DNA of 64,000 nucleotides from Eledone cirrhosa (taxonomy: Eukaryota): the NCBI GenBank assembly GCA_964016885.1, contig OZ024744.1, forward strand, positions 102,734,001-102,798,000, given 5' to 3'. Position 1 is the stretch's first letter. Each line of letters begins with the position of its first letter. Both the position numbers and the translations under genes were made by a program. Under the pieces are notes generated by a model. The model saw only the letters and a list, made by a program, of their open reading frames with translations, had not been told where the DNA came from and made no database searches. Of the stretch, positions 48,131 through 60,789 are shown in pieces.

Positions 48131-49685
48131 TGGTCCTGGCAAAGTCGTTGGCTGGTTTTCCTCTCTTGCACGTGTGTACAACCCAGCTCGCCGATCACAG
48201 CCTCAAATTGCACGTCTGCCTCAGTCCGATGACCGCCGTAGAAGAGAAAGGGGCCTCTCAAGCTGACGTCACATCTGCTCGCCCTTCCGGTCGAGCACGC
48301 TTCCGGTCAAGCATGCCCAGCCTCCAGCCACTACACACCACACCCATACCCACAATGAGCACTATATTGACACACTTGGAATAATGCAATTTGCTTGTTT
48401 TGATATTCAACACCGAAGAATGTAAAACACGTCAAATAATCGACGAAAAACAAAACATAGAGCAAAAGTCCAGGAAATGTCGCAAATACCAAATTGTTCT
48501 AAAATGTGACTAATGATAAAAAGTAACAACATAAATAAAAATATTATATATATTTTTTCTATATATACACACAATATATAGATATATATATTTGTGTGTA
48601 TATACTCATGCATAATTATACTTTTAATTAAATATTAGGTTAAAAACCTGAGTATCGAGAATAACATAAGCATGTATTACAACATTTCAAACAAATAGAA
48701 TAATATAGAATTTAGATATCAAATCATTTATTTATATTTACAAATCAAAGAATATAATAATTGGTTTTTAATGAGATCCCTGTGATTGATGCAAGGTTAC
48801 TAATTTGTCAATGTTTGGTGTGAAAGCCGTTAGAGATAGTCGTAAATCACCTCTTCTTTCTATATCAAGGCGATTTTGACTTTTTGAAAGCAGATGCATC
48901 ACCTGACTGAAACCTGATTCAACTAAATAAGATGTGGGGAAAGCAAGTAAAAAAAATTTAACGTTTTTATTCGACGGAATATTGTCTACACTTTTTTTTA
49001 GATGCAGTTGCCATTTTATCCGAAATATTATATTTTTTAAATAAACAAGAGATTGGTCTTAACTTCTAGTCTTATTAGAGATTAAGCGTTTTCTTTACGT
49101 TGTTAAGTTATGTGTTTAGAATTATAGCCTAGGGGGCCCACCTAGACCGACAGGAAAGCCGGGGGGGGGGGGGGGGAGCCGGTCTGGTGGTAGCCTTCTA
49201 GGTCGTGCAGCGACAGGTGGGCCGTGTGTTTTTATGTGGTGGGTGACGTCATGTTTTACAGGGCAAGCGTTGAATACTGATGCTCTTTATTCATTATTCT
49301 CCATTATGTAGAGAACAAATCTGTCGTTCTATCTAGCTGCTATTTTTTTAGTGGCGACTATAGACAACAAGTCTACGATTTCCCGCCTTCACTGCACCCC
49401 AGCGTACATACGGGTCACTTTTACGACCTTTCAGACCTGTGTCAGTTGGAGACGAGGTCATATATTTTATCGTTCCTGAGGTTTTTAACCCTAGGAAAGG
49501 AAAATGCTTCTCTGATGATCTTTGTTTTTCCATTAATATCCATGTGATATCTAATGTTTTGCAAAGTGAAACTTGAATAGGTAAATATTTATATTATATT
49601 TTTTAATTTTGATTAATTTTAATTGTAAATTAATTTTGATTTATTTTGAAAAATTGGTTGAATTTTACTTGTTCTGCTTATCTTG

Positions 49686-49871
49686 ATACATATACATATA
49701 TATATATACATACACATATATATACACATACACATATATATATACAGATATATATATATACATACACATATATATATACATACACATATACATATATATG
49801 TACATGCACATATATATACACATACACATATATATACATGTACATATATACATATATATATGTACATACAC

Positions 49872-49902
<31 letters not shown>

Positions 49903-49921
49903 TATATATATGTACATACAC

Positions 49922-49952
<31 letters not shown>

Positions 49953-50066
49953 TACACACATATATACATACACATACATATACACATATATATATATATA
50001 CATATACATATATATACATACATACACATATATATATATACACATACACATATATATACATATACA
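49686..50066. repeat. (TA/CA)n compound microsatellite
   Basis: Alternating purine-pyrimidine run; accounts for the spurious H/I/Y/T and C/V/Y/M ORFs. Confidence 0.97.
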
Positions 50067-50494
50067 TTAGAAGTTGTTGGCAGTCCATTTATTAGGCTGC
50101 ATTATGCTAGTCCACATCATCATATGAGCGTTGAGGGTTTTTCCCTTTCCTCATGTTCTTGTGGTGTTACTTCTCTTGTGTTGATGATGTGGGGGTAACA
50201 TTGCCTGGATGTAGCTTGGCAGGCTATCTTCTGACATTCTGCCAGATTTGTCTGTTTGAAAAGCCTGTGTGACCTTACGCAAAGCTATTTGCGGATTTTT
50301 CCCCCAGTTGCTGCGCCTCCATACTATTATTCTCATATGATGATGTGGAAAGAGCTTTGACAATATATAAACAACTATCTGGTTATTGAACTAACCAGAA
50401 ATTGATAATAAATTGAAGTGAAAACCATATGGTGTGTGTGTTTTTATTGGCAGCATCACCCTCCCAAAGTATAACTATATCCATATATATATAT

Positions 50495-50830
50495 ATCCTA
50501 CATCATTGTTTAACATAAATGTTCCCTTGCTATCAGGGTTTGGACATGTTACTGAAATGACACTTTTAACCTCCAGGTTGACTGGGCCCTGGCATATAAT
50601 CTTGCTGCCCACTTCTTTTGCCCCCCACCTCCACCACATGTATCTATATATATATATCCTACATCATTGTTTAACATAAATGTTCCCTTGCTATCAAGGT
50701 TTGGACATGTTGTTACTGAAATGACACTTTTAACCTCCAGGTTGACTGGGGGCCTAATCTCACTGTCCTCTTGGTTGGCTGGGGTCATAACACATGATCC
50801 TGCCGCCCTCATCTTCTTCTCCCCCTCCTC
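50495..50830. repeat. Two tandem copies of a short dispersed repeat (third copy at 41745-41860)
   Basis: aacataaatgttcccttg...ggtttggacatgttactgaaatg..cttttaacctccag.ttgactggg occurs three times. Confidence 0.75.
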
Positions 50831-50864
50831 TTGACAACATCATTGTAGTAAAATAATACTACTG

Positions 50865-52300
50865 ATTTCTTTATTGGCCACAAGCACCTACATATAGGGG
50901 ACAATACAAGAGATGGGGACAGTCGGAGTTTGCACAAAACATTGAGTAAATATATGTATAAAAACCACAATTAACAAAAGAAATAGAACAATGAAAATTC
51001 TTTAATGTGGGGGGGGGGGAGAATCACCCAGGGGCAACTCAGGTACTCCACCAATCCTGAAACACTCGACATTTTGAGAGCACCTGTGAAGGTCACCCCT
51101 CTCCTCTTCATATCAAACTGCCTACTTGAGTAGGCCCATTCACACTGGCCATTCTCGCAACATTCACCCACCTTTTAACAAATGTACTGGGAGCAGCACT
51201 TCTCTCTCCACCCTCCCATTCCTTTCCAAGTGAGACTTAAAAAGTTGATGGATTGGCCAAAGAAAAAAGTATATTTTCAGTCCTTTCAACCTGCTTCACC
51301 ACAAAACCTCTTTTGCAACCGCCACCAGACAGGCCAACAGAAGGTAGCAGGTCGATCTTCACTATGGACTTGGTCGATAGCCAGATCTGTCCTACGTGCT
51401 ACAACAGCTGTTTGACATAACTACACAAGTCAGTAATGCACGAACACTGAATGAGTGCATGCAGAACGGTTTCAGCGTTTTGCACACATCTTGGGTATGT
51501 CTCTCTGACTGCACTTCTATGCCTGTAGAGTTTATCTTGAACCGGCAGTGCCTTCTGGTAGCACTGGCAAGTGAGGGATTACTGGAACTGACTGGTTAGT
51601 TCAATTTTGCAATTTCACTGATTCCCAGAGACTCCCCAAGAACATCGTCGAACTTGCCCACCACTAACCCTCTATACAACTCTAGGGTGGAAGTTCCACT
51701 GACCACATTGCCTGCCTAGTGGAGAACAGTGAGCACCTGACAACATTCCAGATGCCAGGCACCCAGTATCGGTCTTTTCTTGACCCAGGACTGCAGCTCT
51801 GCCAAAGAGCCGAGCTGCGGAAAGGCCTGTCTCACAAATCTCAAGCACACCTGTTCACCGTTTAAACAGAATGACTGAAGATTCCGTAACCTAACCACAG
51901 AGCGTGTTTGTGCATCATCAGTCACGGCATGCCCAGCCCTCCATATACAGGGGAGTGCTGGCAGCAGATGGACTGCCTCACCAATGGAACCTGTACTTTT
52001 CACAAAAAGTGGACGAGTAGATGTTCCAATTTAGTGAGGTGTGAACGGAAGCAAGGTATGAGGATCAGACGGTAGTAGATAATGAACATGATGTATGCAT
52101 TCACCATCTTTGTCTGACCTTTCAACGATAGTTTCCTCTCGGCCAATTTCTGGGTGAGAGTGACCACCCTGTTGTTACCTCATCTCAGTTCTTATCCGCT
52201 TGGAGGTCCAAACCAGACCCTAAGCAACTTCACCGGTCCATTTGTCCAGTGTCCATCTTTCCTTACCAACATTACTATGCCCCAGCTTACAGAACTGGAA
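50865..52300 (-). mobile_element. Degenerate L1/Tx1-like LINE ORF2 3' part
   Basis: Minus-strand KLLRVWFGP, W.ERKLSLKGQ..VNAYIM.IIYYRL, a C-terminal zinc-knuckle region (TVLHALIQC), and AATAAA at the 3' end (tttatt at 50870). Confidence 0.7.
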
Positions 52301-52359
52301 ATACTCCCATTCTGCTACCAGTTGCTGTAGACCACTTTGAGGAGGTCAGAGAACAAGTC

Positions 52360-52990
52360 TTGCATTTCTACGTAAAGCTTGTAGGGTAGACCATTCAAAC
52401 TAGGTGACTTGCACACAATGCAGGACATCATGAATCCTGGAAATAATACCACCACCTCAACATAAACAACCTATTGCTGGTGGAACAGGAAGGGTGCCGA
52501 AAGAAGTCCTATGGTACTAAAGATCAGTTCCTTATTGACAATATGATAATTAGGAACAGCAACAGAAGGCATACTGGTCTTTCCACGGGATGGATAGATT
52601 AGCAGAAGGAAGTAGACATGGTTCCTCATTCTAGGATAACCAAGTGTCTGGAAATCTTCAAGATGGCAGACAACATCAGACTACTATTAAGTGAAGACCT
52701 GGGAGACAGAGCTAACATCAGGTGGAGTATACTTGGGAGGAGTGAAAATCAAGAGAGGTATCTTCCAAGGATCTCTCCCCTTGTCCTCATATGATTGTGC
52801 CACAAATTGTGAAGACAGAAGGCAGAATACATACTTGGAAGAGGACAACTTACCAGCAACCACCTCCTTTTCATGGACAACCTACAACTGTTCGGGAAGA
52901 GCTGAATGTACTTGTTGACACTGTCTATAGTGGTGTCATAGTGATGAGAAGAGGGAAATTGAAGAGATGTTAAGGAATGGAGGTAGCAAC
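52360..52990 (+). mobile_element. R4/Dong-like LINE RT fragment
   Basis: EQEGCRKKSYGTKDQFLIDNMI, GWID*QKEVDMVPHS, VKIKRGIFQGS, HLLFMDNL. Confidence 0.75.
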
Positions 52991-52997
52991 TTGTGAG

Positions 52998-53337
52998 ATG
53001 CTGCTGCTGCTGCTACTATGGCTGTTAGTACTAGTACTGGTACTACTACTACTGCTACTACTACTACTACTACTAATGCTACTACTACTACTACTGCAGT
53101 TACTATCGTTGCTGCTGCTACTACTACTACTACTACTTCTACTACTGCTGTTGCTACTACTAATGCTGTTGCTGCTACTACTACTGTTGCTACTACTACT
53201 ACTACTACTACTACTGCTACTACCACTACTACTACTACTACTGCTGTTGCTACTACTACTGCTACTACTACTACTACTACTACTACTATGAGTGCTATTA
53301 CTACTACTGCTGCTGCTACTACTACTACTGCTACTAC
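52998..53337. repeat. (CTA/CTG)n trinucleotide repeat
   Basis: Visible directly; source of the poly-L/T/V ORFs. Confidence 0.97.
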
Positions 53338-53442
53338 AAGGCTTACTGACCCCAGTTGTGATGGGAATCCTGCTGCATCAAAGCACTTTCTCATATTAGT
53401 CCCTATATTTTGGATGTACCATCCATTGTCAATGTCTCCGGC

Positions 53443-53540
53443 GTAGTAGTACTAGTAGTAGTAGCAGTAGAAGCAGTAGTAGTAGTAGTAATAGTAGTAG
53501 TAGTAGTAGTAGTTGTAGTAGCAGTAGTAGTAGTAGTGGT
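53443..53540. repeat. (TAG/CAG)n trinucleotide repeat, opposite orientation to the previous one
   Basis: Visible directly. Confidence 0.95.
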
Positions 53541-53690
53541 ACACAAAACAATTTGGAGATTATTTGCAAATTTGTTTTATAAATAATAAAACAAGAATCA
53601 TATTTGGTTAAAATATATTTTATAAACCCCCCAAAAATGTTTCTCCTCAGTAAAGAACTAACATCCATGAAATAATTTTACACATATGTG

Positions 53691-54417
53691 TCATCATCAT
53701 CATCATCATTTTACGTCTGCTTTTCCCTGCTTGCAAGGGTGGGAGGTGGGACGTGTCTTATTCAGCACAGCATCTCTCCACTTGTCACGGTCCTTCGTCA
53801 TCTCCACCGTGAGCTTCAATGATCTGAGGTCTGTTCTCACCACCTCCGCCCATGTTTTTTGTGGTCTACCACTACCACGTCTTCCTTCAACTGGCATTTC
53901 CTGGCACCTCTTCACCCATTGGTCATCTTCCATGCGCATCACATGTCCATACCACCTCAGTCTCCTCTCCCGTACACAGTTTCTCTCTCAACACATTCAT
54001 GCTGGGTCGTTCACTCACATTGACATTCCACATCTAACGAAGCATGCTTGCCTCATTTCTCTCCAGCCGTCGCATATCCTCTGCAGTTGCTGCCCATGTC
54101 TCACTACCATCCAGCATCACGCATCTCACACAGGCATCATATAACTGGCCATTCGTTCGCAGGGAGAAACCCTTCTTCGTCAGCAGAAGAAGCAGCTCCC
54201 TAAACTTCTTCCAACCCATCCTTATTCTCAATACTATGGCCTTGGAACACCCTCCTCCCATGCTAATCTGATCTCCTAGGTACCGGAAGCTATCCACCAC
54301 TTCTATAAAACCCACCTGCATTTGAAAAATGTGTCTATCAATGCGACTTCTACTGTCTAATTTCCCTGTATATCTACTGCATACGTATTTCTCCGTACCT
54401 GTTAGTTTGCCTGCCAT
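53691..54417 (-). mobile_element. RTE LINE 3' fragment
   Basis: FRYLGDQISMGGGCS, CVRCVMLDGSETW, GRPQKTW; (CAT)n tail at 53691-53709. Confidence 0.9.
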
Positions 54418-54577
54418 CTATCAACAATATAAACTCATATGCTTCAGTATTGTTTCGACCATTACAACAGTTACCCCGCTTCACAAGTACTGATTCTCAT
54501 CCGATTGTTTTATTTTATTTAGCTTTGATAGCTATCATATCTTGTTTGTTCTTTGATTCCAATGAAATAAAACCATA

Positions 54578-54712
54578 ATTGTTTCTACGTTTGGCACAAG
54601 GCCAGCAATTACCCAGTGTATTACTGGTACTTTATTCTATCGACCCCGTAGGTATGAAAGGCAAAGTTAACCTCGGCGGGATTTGAACTCAGAATGGCAA
54701 GGGCCGTAACTC
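54578..54712 (-). repeat. tRNA-derived SINE fragment
   Basis: Reverse complement of the 39195-39320 family. Confidence 0.7.
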
Positions 54713-54779
54713 TATATGTCAAATGAGTGAGAAAAAGCAAGCGACTATATTGCATTTCTTTAGCAATACCAAAGTAACT

Positions 54780-56630
54780 AATGATAATAGTAACAATAGT
54801 AATACTTCACTTAACCATGAGTTGATCAATAAATCAGAGTCTCCACAGTCCTCATCAGGCACCATGAGGAAGAACATTTGAACTGGAGGAGGGTAGATGA
54901 AAAAACTCAAAGTATCAAGAAACTATTCAAACTACTTGAAATTTGGATTTATTCAAGAACCTTGTAGTGAGCTTGATCCATGGCCGCTTTGCGTTGTGTG
55001 TTCTGAGAATTTTTCCAATAATGCCATAAAACCTTCAAAACTTGGAAGACACTTGCAGTCAAAACACCCGGATTTAGCTAAGAAATCACTTGAGTATTTT
55101 CAAAGAATGCATGAAAATATGCAAAAGCAATTAAGTGCTTTAACAAAAATGACTGTTGAAGACAAGTCTTTATTAAAGGCTTCTTATCCTATAGCACTTC
55201 AAGTTGTGAAAAATAAACACAGCCATATATGATTAGAGAAGAATTAATTAAGTCTTGCATGTTACAAGCCTGCGAAGAGGTTTTGGGAAAGCAGGTTGTC
55301 GAGAAACTGACAGTAATTTCTACGTCTGCTAACACTGTCAAGCGCAGAATTGAAGACATAGCTGAAGATAGTGAAAATCAAGTTATAATAAATGTTGAAA
55401 AATTCACGAATTTTATTAATTCAATGAATGTAAGTAACAAGTCACTTCTCCTTTGTTTTGTGAGGGTTGAGTGTGAAGGAGAGTTCAGGAAGAACTACTT
55501 TATCCACTCAACCTGCTGGGTAGAACAACTAGCTCTGAAATTTGTGAAGCACTTAATAGTTATTTCCACAGAATTGAATGGAAAAATGTATTGGGATATG
55601 TACAGACGGTGCTGCAAACATGACTGAATATCTTTTAGGGATTGTTACAAAATGTTGGTCACCCAGACATTTTGTCTACACACTGCATAATACATCGTAA
55701 GCAACTTACAGTGAAAAAAATGTCCCCAGAACTACACAAAGTATTATCAGATGTTATTAAGATTATGAATGAAATTCAATACAAAGCACTCAATTCTTAA
55801 ATATTTGAGGTGCTTAGTGAAGAAATGGGTTCCCAGTATTCTCACCTTCCTCTTCACCCTGAGGTGAGATGGCTCTCGAGGGGCAAAATACTAACCCAAC
55901 TGTCTGCTCTGCACAAAGAAGTCAAATTATTTTTCCAGCAGCAAAATAATCAGAAATTTCAAGAACTCTTGTCTGACAATGAGTGGGTAGCCAAGCTTGC
56001 ATACCTTGCAGATAGTTTTTCACTGTTAAATGAACTAAACATATCCTTGCAGGACAACATAAGGACATGCTCCCACTTCCAAAGTAAACTGGATACTTTG
56101 CAAAAGAAAATATTACTGTGGCAAACGTAGTTGGCTGAAAAAGATCTGCAAATGTTTCAAATTTTGATATATATTTGAAAGAGAAAGATGGTAACTATTG
56201 TTCAACAGCACTTAGAATCACTCACAGAATCTTTTGGTCGTTATTACCCAAAGGGAGAAGATCCCATACATGGCAATATGTGAATAATAGATCCACTTGC
56301 AGCAAACATTGAAGATAGCAATTTAAGCACGAAAAACAAATCCTCAACGATCTAGCATCCGACAACAGTCTCAAAGCTAAATTCCAGTCATCCTTATAAA
56401 AGCTAAATTCCAGTCATCAGCCATAAAAAGTGAATACTCATTGCTGAGCGAAAAAGCAAGGAAAATTTTGATTCAATTTTCAACAACATATTTGTTTCTG
56501 TCACAGCAATTAAAACTCAGTACCTGTCTTGGCTTGAAATAAAAATGGCTCTCCATCTTGCAGTAACGTCATTGGAGCCAAAAATACATGAACTTATTTC
56601 AAACAAGCAGGAACAAATATTATACTAAAA
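54780..56630 (+). mobile_element. Degenerate hAT transposase (Charlie/Buster, ZBED5/SCAND3-like)
   Basis: YLKFGF, PLCVVCSE..SN.AIKPSKLGRHLQSKH (BED finger), EELIK, SANTVKRRI, CTDGAANM, THCIIHR, EVRWLSRGKIL, LAYLADSF, FSTTYL. Many stops and frameshifts. Confidence 0.9.
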
Positions 56631-56859
56631 ATCTGTAATAAGCTTAAAATATTTTGTAATAAACTAACTTTAATAATTTTGTTATGATTACATAAGCATT
56701 TATAATTTTGTTATAATTAAATCAGCATTTATAATTTTATTATATTTAATAGGTACATTTCATATTAATAAAATGGAAATTCTCTGATCAGTATTTTACA
56801 AATGTATTTATCTTTTTAAAAAGAAGAAGAACAACAACAAGAAAACTTTTTTTATTTTA

Positions 56860-57610
56860 TCAGAAATACAACAATGAACATATTAAAGATCATGAAAAGA
56901 TCAAGAAATGTGAAAGAAAGGGACAAAATGGGAAAGGGTATAGATGAATAGATGTGGCTATAAAGGAAGTAAAAGCTAGAAAGAGGAAAGGGAATGGATA
57001 AGCAAAAAGTATTGAACAAGAAAGAAAATATATTAATGTGTAAGTTTAAATGTTAATGTTTAAATGTTCAGTTTTTTTTTTAGATAATGAATAGATGTGG
57101 CTATAAAGGAAAAGCCAGAAAGCGGACAGGGAGGGGATAAGCAAAACATATTAAACATTCTTGTTTAATATATTAATGTGTAAGTTTAAATGTTACACAT
57201 ATCAGTTTTTTTTTTAGATAAAACAACAATGAACATATTAAAGATCAAGAAATGTGAAAAAAGGGGAAAAATGGGAAAGGGTATAGATGAGTAGATGTGG
57301 CTATAAAGGAAAAGCCAGAAAGCGGACAGGGAGGGGATAAGCAAACATATTAAACATTCTTGTTTAATATATTAATGTGTAAGTTTAAATGTTACACATA
57401 TCAGTTTTTTTTTTTTTTTAGATAAAACAACAATGAACATATTAAAGATCAAGAAATGTGAAAAAAGGGGAAAAAATGGGAAAGGGTATAGATGAGTAGA
57501 TGTGGCTATAAAGGAAAGTAAAAGCCAGAAAGAGGAAAGGGAGGGGATAAGCAAAATCTCTTGAACATTCTGTTTAACATGTGTATGTTTAGATGTTACA
57601 CATATCAATT
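56860..57610. repeat. Diverged tandem repeat of about 180-200 bp (about 4 units, one partial)
   Basis: acaacaatgaacatattaaagatc...aaatgggaaagggtatagatga.tagatgtggctataaagga recurs near 56868, 57223 and 57426, with a partial unit at 57085. Confidence 0.85.
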
Positions 57611-58591
57611 TTCTTTAAGACTTTTGACAGAATAATTGGTCTTGTTGATAACATAATGTACAGGGTAAGTCATTATTAATCACCCTTTCTAATTTCTAAC
57701 CATCTGTTACATATACATGTGTATTTGTTAGCATTCCATTTTGTGTTCAGATATGTCAAACAATTTTAATGATAAATATGTCTGCCATACTGGATAACAA
57801 CATAGCTTCAATGTCTTGTGAAATTTATAATCTGAAGATGTTAAAATATCATATAGTAACACAACTATGGAGACTGCAGAAGGTTGTAAAATCATTGATG
57901 GTTTTAAAGAGTGGAGGAGAAGAACGGGTGAGGTGCAAGGGCTGCCTCATGAAGCACTGGATGCTTTGGTCTTCACGTCACTTTTTCTTCTTTTTGCTAA
58001 GAAGGAGGAGGGTGGTGGGCGAATTTGTGAATGTGGCACACCTTTTCTCATATTTATTTTTCTTTTCCCTGTTTGTTTTTTTTCTCATTGTTTGGTTGTT
58101 TGCATGTCGTCGGTGGCCTCTCGCTTTCATTTTTCCCATTGGAATACAAAATGGGGGATTGAAGGCAACAGCGGTGGCATGCGGGCACTTTTTGTGATAT
58201 TTGGTGCATAGTGGACGAGAACAACATGGCTCCACACCCAGCACACAATGGAGCAATATGTTTTGGCAGCAAAAGGTCAACTCGGAACTGGTACAGACCT
58301 GGGGAATCTGACTGTTTAATTAAAACAGTACATTACATAACCAGCCAAGCTGCAGACTGAATCTTTAAAGCTTGTTGTAACTGATACAACAAATTGTCCA
58401 TGATTTTTGTGTTTGTCAAATTATATTTAGATCACGTTTTAAGTGACTCTAATTCAACTTAAAGTGCTGATAACATGTAAGAGATTTCATCACTTTGAAG
58501 TTTATTTCAGGCAGACGAAACAAAATTTAATCCTCTGATTTCTCATAGGGTGATAATTTTTGTGTTTGTAATTTTCAAATAACCCACTAAC

Positions 58592-58740
58592 CAAGTTGGT
58601 ATCAAGACTAGTGGGTGTAGATTCAGTTGGGTAGAATTTGTAGATAACATGGCGCTATTTAACTCATCAGAAGGTGATCTCCAACATACACCTGATAGGT
58701 TTGATGGCATGTATAGCATGGCTGAAGTGAAAATCATTGA
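58592..58740 (-). other. Candidate internal exon of an unidentified host gene
   Basis: Acceptor tttcacttgtctcgtttcag|, donor ttg|gttagt, 149 nt, one open frame (SMIFTSAMLYMPSNLSGVCWRSPSDELNSAML...). No recognised homology. Confidence 0.25.
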
Positions 58741-59219
58741 CTGAAACGAGACAAGTGAAACCAATTAATATAACATTGTATTAAAATTCTTAAATGAAGA
58801 GATAACTAATTCAAATATCACTGCCATAAGAAGAATATATTAAGTGTAAAATAAGGAAAAAATAAAAAAAATTGATACAGCAGTGAGAATAAAATCAAGG
58901 ATATGAAAACTTTGTGTAGATTAATGACTTTCAACATTAATGAAACATTTTGGGAAAAGGGAATCAGTTAAATTGAACTGAGAACTTAATAGTGTGACCA
59001 AAGATGGATGAAAGGCTATGTTGATTGTGAGAAACATTTCAACACAGAATGTAAGCAAGTATAAATAAATTATCACCAAAATATTTGTCAGTTGTTCTAC
59101 TGAATCTGAGAACCTCTCTTACGGACATTGATTACTAATTATATCTTTCACTTAGCTAAATGATAGGCAACTGGAGTCTGAGGGACAACATATATGCCTA
59201 TTTTATCTACACTTTGCCG

Positions 59220-60292
59220 CCTTTCAATGGCAGTCTTCCTCACCCTTTCTCCCATTCTCTGTCTGTCCCTCACCCTCTTTCACTCTTTCTCTGTCTCTCA
59301 CTCCCACTCCATTTCATTCTCACTCTTTCTCTGTCAGCCTCCCCCTCACTCTCATTCCAACTCTCGATCAATCTCCACTGTTCTCTTGCTTTCTCTCTTG
59401 CTCACCGTCGGCCTACTCTCCCACATTCTCTTTCATTCGCTCTTTCTCCATTAGTCTCTTTCCGCCCCTCTATCACTCTATCTGACTATCATTGCCTCTC
59501 CATCTCTCTCTCTCTCTCCACTCTGTCTGTCTCTTTCTCTGTCTCTCACTCTCCGTCTCTCAATCATCATCCCTCTCTCTCTCTCTCACTCTCTCTCTCA
59601 CACACACACACTGACTGTCTTGCTCTCTCTCTCTCACTGTCTCTCAATCACAACCTCTCTCACTGTCTCACTGTCTCCCTCACTGTCTCCCTCACTCTGT
59701 CTCTCTCTCTCTCACTGTCTCTCAATCATCACCTCTCTCTCTGTCTCTCTCTCAATCATCACCCCTCTCTCTCTCTCTCTCTGTCTCACTCTCTCTCTCT
59801 CTCTCTCTCTAGCTATCTATCAGCCTCTCTCACTCTATTTGTCTGTCTGTCCTTGACTGTCTCTCACTTTTTGTCTCTCCCTCCATCTCCATCATTCTCT
59901 CCCTGTCTCTTAATTTCTTTTTCTCTCTCTCTCTGCTTCTCTCTGTCTGTCTGTCTTTCCCTCTAAGGCACTCACTTTCTCTCTCTTTTTCTACATTACT
60001 GTCTCTCTCGCTCACTGTCCTTCTCTCTCTCTTTCACTCTCCAATTCTCTGTCTCTCTCTCCTTCCATCTGTCTTTTTCTTACTCTCAGACTGTCTCTCT
60101 CTTTATGTCTCTCTCTCACTCTCTCTCTCTATCTATCTATCTATCTATCTGTCTCTTAATCATTGTCTCTTTCTTTATATGTCTCTATCTATCTATAAGT
60201 CTCTCTCACTTTATTTGTCTATCTGACTCTCTCTCTCTCTCTCAATCTATCTATCTATCTCTCCCTGTTTACATTACTGACTTTCTGCCTCT

Positions 60293-60332
<40 letters not shown>

Positions 60333-60770
60333 GTCACTCTCTCAATTACCGTTTCTCTCTCCTCTGTCTCACTCTCTATCTCACACACACAGACTGTCTT
60401 GGTCTCTCTCTCACTCTATTTGTCTATCTGACTCTCTCTCTCTCTCTCAATCTATCTATCTATCTCTCCCTGTTTACTTTACTGACTTTCTGCCTCTCCC
60501 TGTTTCTCTCTCTCTCTCTCTCTTTCTCTGTCACTCTCTCAATTACCGTTTCTCTCTCCTCTGTCTCACTCTCTATCTCACACACACAGACTGTCTTGGT
60601 TTCTCTCTGACTCTATTTCTCTCTTTTCTTCACTGTCTCTCCCTCTCTCTCTGCCTCAATCTCCTCTTTCTCTCTGTCACATTTTCCACCACTCCCACTA
60701 CATTTCTCTCTCTCATTCTCTGTCTCAATCACTATCTCTCCCCCTCTCTCTCTATGTCTGTTTTTCTCTC
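59220..60770. repeat. CT-rich low-complexity/microsatellite tract with an internal duplication of about 210 bp
   Basis: (CT)n, (CTGT)n and (CTAT)n; 60212-60420 is repeated at 60418-60620. Confidence 0.92.
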
Positions 60771-60789
60771 TATATCCCAGTTAATTTAT

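Noticed and set aside
49128-49200. Possible far terminus of the Tip100-like hAT
   Set aside because: The gggggcccacc motif is in the same orientation as at 45236, and no matching inverted terminus or TSD was found.
49619-50198. His/Tyr/Cys-rich ORFs
   Set aside because: Translation of a (TA/CA)n microsatellite.
52936-53668. Mucin-like poly-Thr and poly-Leu/Val ORFs
   Set aside because: Trinucleotide repeats with no splice or domain support.
57769-58310. Overlapping 70-140-aa ORFs in a GC-richer patch
   Set aside because: No recognisable domain or convincing splice pattern; possibly an old TE remnant.
59160-60431. Ser/Leu-rich ORFs
   Set aside because: Translation of the CT-rich tract.
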